From Oikopleura dioica (taxonomy: Eukaryota > Animalia > Chordata): 64,000 nucleotides of DNA. Shown here one piece after another: positions 11,440-21,390 of the stretch. The translations under genes were made by a program, and so were the position numbers. The DNA is taken from assembly GCA_907165135.1 (NCBI GenBank), contig OU015567.1:14818001-14882000 (forward strand), written 5' to 3'. The first letter of the stretch is position 1; the number at the start of each line of letters is the position of its first letter. The notes beneath the pieces are model-generated. The model was given only the letters and a program-made list of their open reading frames with translations, was not told where the DNA came from and made no database searches.

Positions 11440-13172
11440 TCAGACAAGGTCAGCAATATCGCCCATCAAGGCATTGTGCAGGGCATAAATAGCTTGCTTC
11501 TTGTGTTTCCTCGACGCCACTCTCTCTGCCTGATCGAGTTCCCACTTGTCACAAAGGTCGTTCAAAACTGAAGCCGCGCCCATGCATAATAGAGGGCCCA
11601 CTATAATCACAGGAAACCCCAAAATCACTTAAAAATGTTAGTCGGCTAGGCAGACAAACACTTGTCAAGTAATTGGTTTTGTAAGCACTGCAAGTAAAAC
11701 CTATAAGATATGTCCAGGTGTGTTCTGAATGCACGTTCATAAAAGATTCATTAATGATCAAAGGATGGATCAGAACATGTTCCTGATTCGAGCTGACTGC
11801 AAAAGTCAATTTTCTGGGTATTCAAATTGCCTCTCAACGAAAGAAACCGTCGATACATTTAAAATTCATAAAATACCCAGCCTGTGACGTGGTCAGAAAG
11901 CAATCGAGAAAGCTTCAGCTTGAACTCGTCCGAATCATCTTTCAGTAGGTTGATGGGATGAGCGTACGATTAAAATCCGTTATTAATGGAGCCTATCAGT
12001 AATGAGAAAAGCACTTCATTCTGAGGTGGCGACATTGACAGCGAGCGACAACTGCCATAGTAATTGCAACTAAAATATTCATCCCTTGTGATAGATTGAA
12101 CTAGACTCTCGCGCGCTCATAAGGGCTCGCACATGCGGCGACTCCGGATCGCGCACTGTTGACCACATGAGCTCTTGGCAAAGTTTATGTTGCCCTATTT
12201 AATTTTGTCGGGGATCATACTATCAGTCATTTTCATGTCGTGCTTCGCCGTAAAGAGAATAGAAGTTTGGGCAGAGAGACACTTCCACGGCAATCAGGAA
12301 AACTCCACGTCAAGACTTGGTAAAAAGTTCTCCCTGTTTAAATTATAGCGTGAACTAAAATTCCCGAATTTTAGTTGTTGAAGGCTAACACTGAATATTA
12401 GGGATTCTAGGTTCACTCTCGGCATCAGCCTTTGCTGAGCAGTCGATCGTTGAATTGCACGCGAAAACTACGAACGAATGCGGCAGTGCTCAGGTGGCGA
12501 CAGTAGCAGATGTATCAAAAGTCACCACAACCCAGATCCTATAACACGATATTCCGCAGACCTAGGATGTTTGTATCATTGATTCTTGAAAAATAAAGAT
12601 ATTGCACATACTCTTTGTTAATATCTTTCAGCTTGTGTAGTAGCTGGCACTCTTCTTCGTCACTTTTTGAGAATATTTATCGACCAGATTTTTTCGGAAA
12701 AATCACGGAATAGTGGTTAAATAATCTGGTCTGTAGTTAGAATATCCGTTCCCCAGGAGTTGCCTTGGCAAATTTCGCGAACAGCGAATTCTCATCAGAT
12801 AATATATTCATTGAATTCTTGAAAGGAGTAAGTATCACTTATACTTCGCGAACCTCGTTAATAATCTCCGTTATGATGTAATGGCTGCAACATTGTCGTA
12901 GCTGATACACTCGCTTGCATTTTATCTTCGTTTCGAGCTCGCTTTCGTCATAATTATCAGAATATCAAATAGCCTCGTTTTTACCTGGTTGTTTCAGGTA
13001 TGGCCGAGTAAGCATATTTAAAGCATTTCTTGCATGTCTCGTTGTCGCACTTAGTTTTCTGCTGCACCAGTACTTGATTCACTACGCTTTCAATATTTCG
13101 TATTGAATTTTTCCCTGCTTCAACCACTTTAGGGTGTTTTCGTGAAGTCGATTTTAGAATATGCATTCGCAT
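11440..13172 (-). CDS. Divergent TBC (RabGAP)-domain gene; exon structure not resolved, possibly degenerate
   Basis: Fragments GQHKLCQELMWSTVRDPES, SQGMNILVAITMAV (TBC YCQGMN-like) and NEVLFSLLIG occur in TBC order. Terminal ORFs at 12981-13172 and 11440-11628. Confidence 0.38.
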
Positions 13173-13464
13173 AACTCTAGTTATTAAATAAACACTTCTC
13201 TTGAATAAGTAAAAACAATAAGACAGCAGTGGTCTTCATTCTTTTCTTTGAAAAGTAGAAAAGATCCCCGAAGGATCGGCTCATTTAAGAAATAGTGCCG
13301 TTTAATTAATTGGACCCGGGAGAGGCTGCAACTGCTTTGTATACGAGAGTGATTTCTTACATCTAAAATCAATTTGATTGAAAACAATAATTCTCCAGTG
13401 GCAGATTTTTAATATCCATTTGATTAATAAAGATTGTTTTTTTTATTTATTGAATACAGATTAT

Positions 13465-14765
13465 TTAAATATGTGAAACTTTTCGGCCCTGCACTTGGCA
13501 TCCAAAACAACCAGTAAAGATGATCATGAAAAAGAGGAATCCGTAGACACCTACTCCTGCAGAGCCGATTTCTTCGAAGGCCTTTTCTATTCCAGAGTCA
13601 GCCAAGAGAGTATCAACATTGAGATCTGTCAAGACATCACTGAATACATTAATGAGTACACGGGTATTATTGCTGATCTTACTCGACGATGCTATCGACC
13701 AGTGTTTCTACGTTGACGCCAGCATTATTCAAATCAATCGCAAGCTGTTCAAGAGCATCTGAGTTTGAGACGTCGATGGTGCCATCTGCTGTCACGTAGT
13801 CACCGAGTTCGAAGTCTAAATTTTACATTAATCTTAAATTTTGAAAGAATTTATACTTGGAGCTTGTTCTTTGACCGCTGCTTCAAAAGTGTTCAGATCG
13901 ATTTCTTGAATAAACTGTCCATACTCGCTGTTTGCAAGCTCAGTAGCAAGATCTTCATTGATTTGACGACGATTTCTAGTGAGAACTCCCGCCAAGTTTT
14001 CGCCTGCACCGCTTACTCCACGAGTGAGATCACTGAAGTACGACTTCAATTGAGTTGATTTGAAAAGAGACGATTTTTATGACGGATCAAAAAGTCATAA
14101 AAGCGATTTTTGTCTGATGCGAGAAATGATCGATTAGATGGTTTCTTACCTGAGCGAGTCATCGAGCAATCCACGAACAGCAGGGTTGAAAATCACAACG
14201 AGCATGGCAATGGATACTCCCATGACAATGAAGTACAAAATCGCTGACAAAACGGATAGCATGGCGGTCAGGCACTTGCAGCAGCTGCTGTTCATTTTCA
14301 ACGACATAAAAACGGAAAATGAAGCTAGCAGTCCCATCGCCAAGGGTACGATTCCGACGAGCTGGGTTCAAATTTTACGCTTCAGGATTCAAAAGTCACT
14401 TACTGTTACAATGAGGATCAGGAGATCCGTCAACTCTTCAACATTTCTTCCGAGGAAAAGACCTTGTTGCGTATCCAAAAGATCAGCAAGAGAATCAACA
14501 CTTTCGAAAAGATTTTATGAAGTGGGAGAAACTATCGGCTACCTCAACTCAATTTTGATTCCACCAAGGTCCAATAAATACTCAAAATTTTTAATTGAAT
14601 CGGGCAATTTGGCTCCTAAGTACCACCCAAGAACAGCCAGTAAAACCACATGAATGAAGACAACGAATCCGCTTGTTTATGCTTTTTACAAAAATGACAC
14701 AAGTCTCATCTCTCGCAAGTGAAGCATTTCCTGATGGCGAATCCAGCCTTTCTATTTGAGCACAT
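13465..14765 (-). CDS. Four-transmembrane, tetraspanin-topology protein with a long acidic second loop
   Basis: Hydrophobic segments FVVFIHVVLLAVLGWYL, LLILIVT..MAMGLLASFSVFMSL, CLTAMLSVLSAILYFIVMGVSIAMLVVIF and GVGVYGFLFFMIIFTGCFGC. TAA at 13465 is followed by AATAAA. Confidence 0.6.
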
Positions 14766-15132
14766 CCTTGTCTTTCTCTCGTCCTTGCCTTGGAAGGGCC
14801 TTTCACTTGAATAGAATGCCTCAAAAGTTGATTTAAGCCAAGTGGAATTACCTCGAGCGACGTTTTTAACACCAAAGAACGCTGCTGCTTCTCTTGGTAT
14901 TCACTTATTTTCGAATGATAATCCAGCGCCTGCTGTAGCTCGAAACAATAGTTAGATAATGTTGCCTTTTATGAAGAGTCTCCTTCCTCTCGTCAGAAGA
15001 GCGCCGCCAAAAATTGGTGGAAATTTTGTCCCAATTTTGAATTAATGGCTCGTATTTTACGAGGAGAGTGTAAGTTCTTTCTTTGAAAGCTTTATTCCAA
15101 GTACGTAAAACAGAAAGTGAAGGTCTCTAAGT

Positions 15133-16185
15133 TTAGTGCTGCTGGTGAACGAGGAATCCAGTGAACTTCGCTGAGTTGTAGTCGGCTCGAAATTCAATGT
15201 CTACGTTTGAACAAAAAACGTCGACGACATCTCCGACCTCCAGATTCAGCAGAGCGTGCATCGTAACTGCTGATTCAAGGCCTGAAAATGATGATGCTTT
15301 TGCGAGTCTATTGTAGATATACCTTGATTGTAGTCTTTTTGAACAGAGCCCATGTAAGCCCCGTTTTTGCGCAAATGGACGTACCAGATTTTCTTCGTGA
15401 CTCCAAATGAAATCGCCACAAAATACATTCCTGGTACTTGAGCGACAAATTGTCCCGTGTTTTTGTCATAGGCACCATCTAGGAAATTTAATGAGTAGGC
15501 TGTCTTTGAAAGTGATGATGATTGTTAACTGACCTGTTGTGTCGAGAAGCTGTTTTCCGAAAACAATGACGCCATGGCGGCCGATCCACTTTTCAGCTCT
15601 TGAGTACTCCCAGCCAACTTTTTCATTGAGCTTTCGAACACTTTCGGAAATCTTCTCCTGGAAGTTGAGTAGACTGTCGATAGCTACAGATAAATTTGAG
15701 GTCTACTCGTCAATCGTGATAATTACCCGTCAAATTCATCTGGTTCAAGTTATCAGATACGCTCGCAACTTCTTTCTCCAATCTTGTTATTTTTATCTGC
15801 GATGAAAAAGCGGATAGAATCTTGTCTTCCACAACAGAGATCCTGGAAGTGATGGCATCCAAGTCCGACGATCTTGATAAGACCGCGGTTGAGAGCTCTT
15901 CGATTTTTTCTCCGATCGTTGGTTTTCTTGAATCCGGTTGATCGTATTTTCCAACTGGTTGATTTTCACGAGGACGTGGTGAAGGAGAAGCTGGTCAATG
16001 TCCTTTGAACTGAAAGGGGTTAGGGTTAGGTAGATCGATTTATTATAGATTCCATCCTACTCTTAACGATGTAGGAAGAATTACCTTGGCGACAGCCCTA
16101 GGGGGCTATTCTCGACAATATCGCATAACATGCATTGATTTCCTGCAGTCAACTCGAAAAAACTCAAAAATATAGGAACAAGCAT
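15133..16185 (-). CDS. Secreted coiled-coil + C1q-domain protein
   Basis: Signal peptide MLVPIFLSFFELTAG, heptad region, then DGAYDKNTGQFVAQVPGMYFV...HLRKNG...ALLNLEVGDVVDV...KFTGFLV (C1q). Needs a 1-nt frameshift or an unseen intron near 15905. Confidence 0.8.
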
Positions 16186-16389
16186 TTTCTGAGGCCGGTT
16201 TCTTTCCATCGTTCTTTTTATATCAACTCGCAACGAACCCCCGCGAGGAAATATTTATTTCTCCATAAAAAACAGCAGGATTCGTTGTAAGAACTTTTTT
16301 TATTATGTTCAATCAAGGATGAGGATATCGATTTATTCAATGTGGAAGTTGATACTGAACTGAACTTTTTCTGGTTTTTCGCGGCTCAT

Positions 16390-16790
16390 TTATCGATACG
16401 CAGTTGGAATGAGCTCTGCTTCGGCTTCTACTTTCTTGTGCATCTGGCGGTTGCCCGAAGCAGTACCTATAAACTGAGGGGGATAAAGGGAGTCGAAGCG
16501 ATAAGAAAACAAACCTTCGATAAGTGCGTATCCGATGACAATAAACGAGCCGATTGTATAAGAAATCACGAGCACGAAAAATGGCATGTCAGAGTCCGAA
16601 TCCTCATTTGCCATTTTGACGGTGTTTTCGCTGATGTTTGTCTTCATTCTCAGTTCTGGGATAATTTTACTCGCAACTATTGCTGAAAGAAAATGTTTAG
16701 TACCGTTCCCAAGAGGTTAAATTAACTGGTACCTACGAAGAAAGCAAGACAAGCCAGTGAAACTATGCATTCTTTCCTAATTTTTGGGTT
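16390..16790 (-). CDS. Small membrane protein with two hydrophobic segments; 5' end unresolved (abuts MITEs)
   Basis: Spliced frame CIVSLACLAFFVAIVASK...MPFFVLVISYTIGSFIVIGYALIEGLF...; one GT-AG intron near 16682-16731. Confidence 0.45.
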
Positions 16791-16804
16791 TATTTCATTC
16801 AGAT

Positions 16805-17709
16805 CAGGGCTCTAAATAGACTAGTCCGGGCTCGGACTTAGTCCGAAGTCCGTCCGTTCTAGTCCGGCCGGACGGACCAGACTTCTGATTTTTGGCTGAG
16901 AAAATTTTCGGACTAGACCAGACCAGACTTGCCTTTTTCGCCGGACTTAGTCCGAAAGAGTCCGAAAAGTCCGAAAAAGCTGGACCACTTTCAGACTTTT
17001 GTTTTAGTCCGAAAAGTCCGAGAAGTCCGAGAAAGTCCGAGAAGACATCCTAACCCTAAGTGCTAATCCAGGGGGCTTCGCACCCTTGAAACCCCCCCTA
17101 ACACTAACATTTAGCCCGGTTACGTAACTTACCCCGAAGATTGACCGCCTATGTCGTAACTGACAGATACTGAATTATAGTTTTATCACCGTTCAACAGA
17201 ATACCTTTACACTTCTCACTGAAAAAAAAAATAATCCCGAGAATAAAAACCAAGAAAGACACAACTGTCTCTTGATAAGCTTACGATTTTCTTAAACGAA
17301 TTTATTTCGAACAAAATACGAAAATTTTACATGATTTTGTTCAAAAAATTTTCGAAAAAAATTCTAATGAATAAGTGACGATTTCTCTTATTCGAATTTA
17401 TTTCGAACATAATACTAAAGTTTTTCTTAATTTAATTCGAAAAATTTTCGAAAAAAAATCGAGTTTTTGTTGTATTTTATTCGAAAAATTTTCGGACTTT
17501 TTCGGACTAGACCGGACTAGACCGGATTTTTTGGCTTTTTTCTCGGACCAGACTTTTTCGGACTTTTTCGGACTTTTCCCGGACTAGACCAGACTTTAAG
17601 TCCGAGTTTTCCGATTCGGACCAGACCAGACCAGACTTGTAAATTTCGGCCAAGTGCCCGGACCTGGACAGACCGGACTTTTGATTTTCGCCTCAGATTT
17701 AGAGCCCTG
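16805..17709. mobile_element. hAT-type MITE (family C) with GGACT/AGTCC-rich arms
   Basis: TIRs CAGGGCTCTAAAT...ATTTAGAGCCCTG; perfect 8-bp TSD ATTCAGAT (16797-16804 and 17710-17717). Confidence 0.9.
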
Positions 17710-17739
17710 ATTCAGATTGAACTGCTTATTGCTTGATAT

Positions 17740-18102
17740 CAGAGTTGCAAATTTGCTGAGCTGAGTGAGCTGAGCTGACTGAGTGAGCTGAGCAGTCGCT
17801 CAGCTCAGCTCAGCTCACTGATTTTCGAAAATGAATTTATCTGCTCAGCTCAGCTCAGCTCAGACAATAATAATCACTCAGCTCAGCTCAGCTCAATTAT
17901 TCTCGAACATGATCTGTTCTGCTCAGCTCAGCTCAGCTTAGAAAAGTATCATTCAGCTCAGCTCAGCTCAATGATTTTAACACAATTTCACTACTAAAAA
18001 ACAGTAAAAAATAGCTCAAATCAGCTCACTCAGCTCAGCTCAGCTCAGAGAATTTCTCATTCAGCTCAGCTCAGCGAAAATAAAGCCAAATTTGCAACTC
18101 TG
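17740..18102. mobile_element. hAT-type MITE (family B) with (GAGCT)n/(AGCTC)n arms
   Basis: TIRs CAGAGTTGCAAATTT...AAATTTGCAACTCTG; flanks CTTGATAT/CTTGATAA (7 of 8 match). Confidence 0.9.
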
Positions 18103-18660
18103 CTTGATAAACCCTTTCTCTTAGAAATATTCCATAGCACTTGTAAAGCTTGGTGACGACCTCTTTTTTCATTTTGTCGCTATCTGTGTCAGTGCGGGCT
18201 TTGCGGTTGCTTCAAAGGTGGCTAATTGCATCGGTAAATGTAGTAGAAATTAGCCCGCTGGGCTGATCCGAAAGGTTTAGATTGGGATGGAACGACTTTT
18301 TCTCGGATGAAAACACAATCAATATTGGCTGATTGGAGCAAATTGCAATTCGCGCTGGAATCTTATTTTTAGCATGTCAGATGCATCATGCATGTGCTTA
18401 TCAATCGGACAGCATGTCTATTGCGTGGCTGGTTGCATAAAAACCGGGTGTAGAAGGGCTCAACTCGCTCAGTCTTAGTTTTAGACTTTCAGCTAATTCT
18501 AACACGGAGCGACTGACTGATACACAAACAAGAGATTCAGAGTTTCACTCTGGCATTTCGAGTTTTCAAAATTCTAACCAGCCTCTCAATTTAAGAAATT
18601 TCAACAGACTTCTGTAACTCTGAACAGCTCAATCTTCATGGTGGTGTTCGCGTGCGTACG

Positions 18661-19673
18661 ATGGCCGGCAAAAAGGGCTCTCAGAAGTTCGAGTTCTCAT
18701 GCAGCACCGGAGTGGCAGCATCCGTAACGGAGCTCAGCTGCTACGACGATGGAAACTTTTACGCGTCCAAAGCTGACAAGAAAAAGGGCCGACCCTTCGA
18801 TACGAACACCGTAATCGACTGCCTCGGTAAGAAAATCCTTTGTTATCAGGTTAAACAGAAACTTTAGACGGTAATTCTGGTGGAGGAGATTCTCTCGAAG
18901 AAGCTTGCTACGTTGCTTTCGATGAATTCTTTGAGAAGAAGGGACAGAGTTTGAAATTTTCGTGACTCGCGAGCGGCTCTCCTGAGAGCGAGCGAGCACG
19001 AGCATGATGCTCTTCGTGCTCCCGAGCGCATTTATTTCAGCGTTCGCGCTCTTTGCGCTCGCGAGCACATTTCATTTCGCGCTCTCGCTCTCCTGGCTCC
19101 CGAGCACTGGTCAAATTTTGCTCTCGCTCGATTGGCTCCCGAGCTGAAAAATCTGACTCGCGAGCAGCTTTCAAGAACCTAAAATGATTCGACGACCCCG
19201 TAACCTCGTGAGTCAATTCCATGGCGAGCACGAGAGCAGCCGCTCCCGCTCGTCTAGCTCCCGAGCATTGCCGACAAATGCGCTCGTGCTCTCCGCGCTC
19301 GCGAGCGGTTTCAAATTTGGGCTCGCGCTCTTTTGGCTCTCGAGCATATTCATTTTCATGCTCCCTCTCCCCTGCTCTCAGAGCAATAATATATTTTCGC
19401 TCTCGCTCTTTGCGCTCGCGAGCATTTGCGAGCATTTCAAACTCTGAGAAGGGAATTCATGTCCAGTATATTGAGGGACTAAAATCAACTTCAAACGGAC
19501 TTGAGCAAAAGTTTATGTGCGCCACTCAAGCAAAAACTATGATGGTGAGTGCAAAACCTATCTTCAGTACCTCATTCTTTTTTCAGATTGCTTGCAAGGA
19601 AGGCAAAAAGGGCAACGTCATTGTCGGCCTTCTCGGCGGCAAGACTACCAAGAAAGCCATCAAAAAATGCTGA
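18661..19673 (+). CDS. 139-aa protein, possibly a divergent profilin; exon 2 interrupted by a MITE
   Basis: Removing two GT-AG introns and the MITE plus one TSD gives an uninterrupted ORF MAGKKGSQKF...FFEKKGIHVQY...TTKKAIKKC*. Confidence 0.7.
18945..19446. mobile_element. hAT-type MITE (family D) with GCGAG/CTCGC repeats, inside a coding exon
   Basis: TIRs CAGAGTTTGAAA...TTTCAAACTCTG; perfect 8-bp TSD AGAAGGGA (18937-18944 and 19447-19454). Confidence 0.92.
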
Positions 19674-19808
19674 GCGCGCTCTCTTCCTTGATTTCAGCCT
19701 GTACCCCCTTTTTTCAAATAAATCGTAGAAATTTGTGTTTTATTGAGGTGTTTTATTGTGAAATTTTCGATGATATTAGTACTTTTGGGCAGTAAAAGTA
19801 CAAAAGAA

Positions 19809-19882
19809 TGGCCAGTACGGGGATCGAACCCGCGACATTCGCGTTATTAGCACGACGCTCTAACCAACTGAGCTAACCGGCC
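19809..19882 (-). tRNA. tRNA-Ile (anticodon AAT)
   Basis: Reverse complement GGCCGGTTAGCTCAGTTGGTTAGAGCGTCGTGCTAATAACGCGAATGTCGCGGGTTCGATCCCCGTACTGGCCA: full cloverleaf with A and B boxes, anticodon AAT. Confidence 0.97.
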
Positions 19883-20287
19883 CTGACACTGACGCTGAAG
19901 CAGGCAACTATGAAAAAAGTCAATTTTGATGAAAAATTTCAGCTTGTTTCTAGAGCCTCTTTGTTGTGATTCCCAGAATTTATTCAATCTCACAGAACAA
20001 CCAAAATCGCCACAGGTAACACATGATTTTTTTAAATTTTTCATTGAATTTTTAAAATAAGAAGAAGTTAGTTTCTGATAAAATAAAAAGTTGTTCGAAC
20101 ACTTCCTTTTATTAAAAATAAAATTGTTCAAATGAATATTTAAAAAGTCTCAAATTAAAGATAAAATGTCCCAACTTCAGTTTTTGCGCGAAAACGCGCT
20201 AAAATCGTAATTATAATTTATGATTTTCTAGATATGATTATTCTTATTATTCTTTCGGTTTTAGTTAAACTCATTTTATTCAGCGTC

Positions 20288-21089
20288 ATGTTTGGCAAAG
20301 GAAAAGGCAACAAGGTCGACTCTCGCCTCGAAGGCGTCAACATCGAAGAGCATGATAAGAAGATCGAAGAGGAAACCATGCGACTCGTCGAAATCCTCAA
20401 CGAAGACGACGGCCAGGTCCCTATCAAGATTTTGCTCTCCGTCACTCTCGTTTTCCTGTAAGTTTTGATCTTTTGATTTTTCGGATTACAGCTATTCTAG
20501 TGCTTGCTGCACTCTCATCCTGACCCCCTTCATTATCCGACAGTTCGACAACCTTTGCTACGAAGACAACACCACCCCCAACCATCCCATTGCTTTTGCC
20601 TTCGGTAAATCTGAGCCCGTCTCGTTCCAAGATGCGCAAACTTACTGCAATGATTGCTTGGGATACGCAGCCACAGCTGAAGGTGCTTGTGGCGGCGTTG
20701 CTGGCGCAACTGGACGACTTGCTAACATGAACACCACGGATGTCGACGCTATGAACGAGGTAAGACTACCTACAAACCTCAGATCTATCTATGATTTTAG
20801 CTTATCGTCGAGGTGATGCGACCTCTTTACGACGAGAAATTCTGGGTCGCCCCACATGACATTAATGGCGCGCTGCAGTACATCCAAATTCCTGAATCGT
20901 AAGTCATTAAGTTTATTCAAAGAATTTTGCGTTTATTCTTCATTTCTCAGCACTTCTTTCGATATGGACCCAGAAGTTAAAATAGAAGAGAACGCTGAAG
21001 CCACACACCAGGTCATCTGCGTCTACGAAAAACTTACTTGCGACCAAGAACGACAGCAGCGTGGTTACACTCGAATCTTGGTCCAGTAA
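20288..21089 (+). CDS. Type II membrane protein with a divergent C-type lectin-like domain
   Basis: TM segment KILLSVTLVFL..ACCTLILTPFII, then CYE...SFQDAQTYC...GRLA...KFWV...VICVYE. Probable 1-nt frameshift at about 20850. Confidence 0.6.
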
Positions 21090-21390
21090 AAACTTCATGG
21101 AAACTGCGGTTCTTATTCTATTCTTGTCATACTCTTAATAAATATCAGCATAACCTCATTTTGCAATAAAGGTAACTCGCCTTTACTAAAGGAAGTTATC
21201 TTATTGGATATTGTTCTTTTTGAAGGAAGCGGGCCTTTTGGAGTCTATAATTTACAGGTAAGTCCATCATCGACTGTAGTTGACCTTTTTCCAAGAAAAC
21301 AACTGTATCTCTAGAATATCATGTGTTTCCTTATCTTTAATTCTTACTCGACTTTAGTTCGTATCGCAGAAATCCAACACTGTTCGCTGA

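Noticed and set aside
16805-18102. CRISPR-like or satellite array
   Set aside because: Eukaryotic context, no constant repeat-spacer period, and TIRs with TSDs define MITEs.
18697-19673. ORFs 18697-19068, 19037-19435, 19184-19447 and 19221-19673 (RERE-rich)
   Set aside because: They are translations of the GCGAG/CTCGC MITE repeats.
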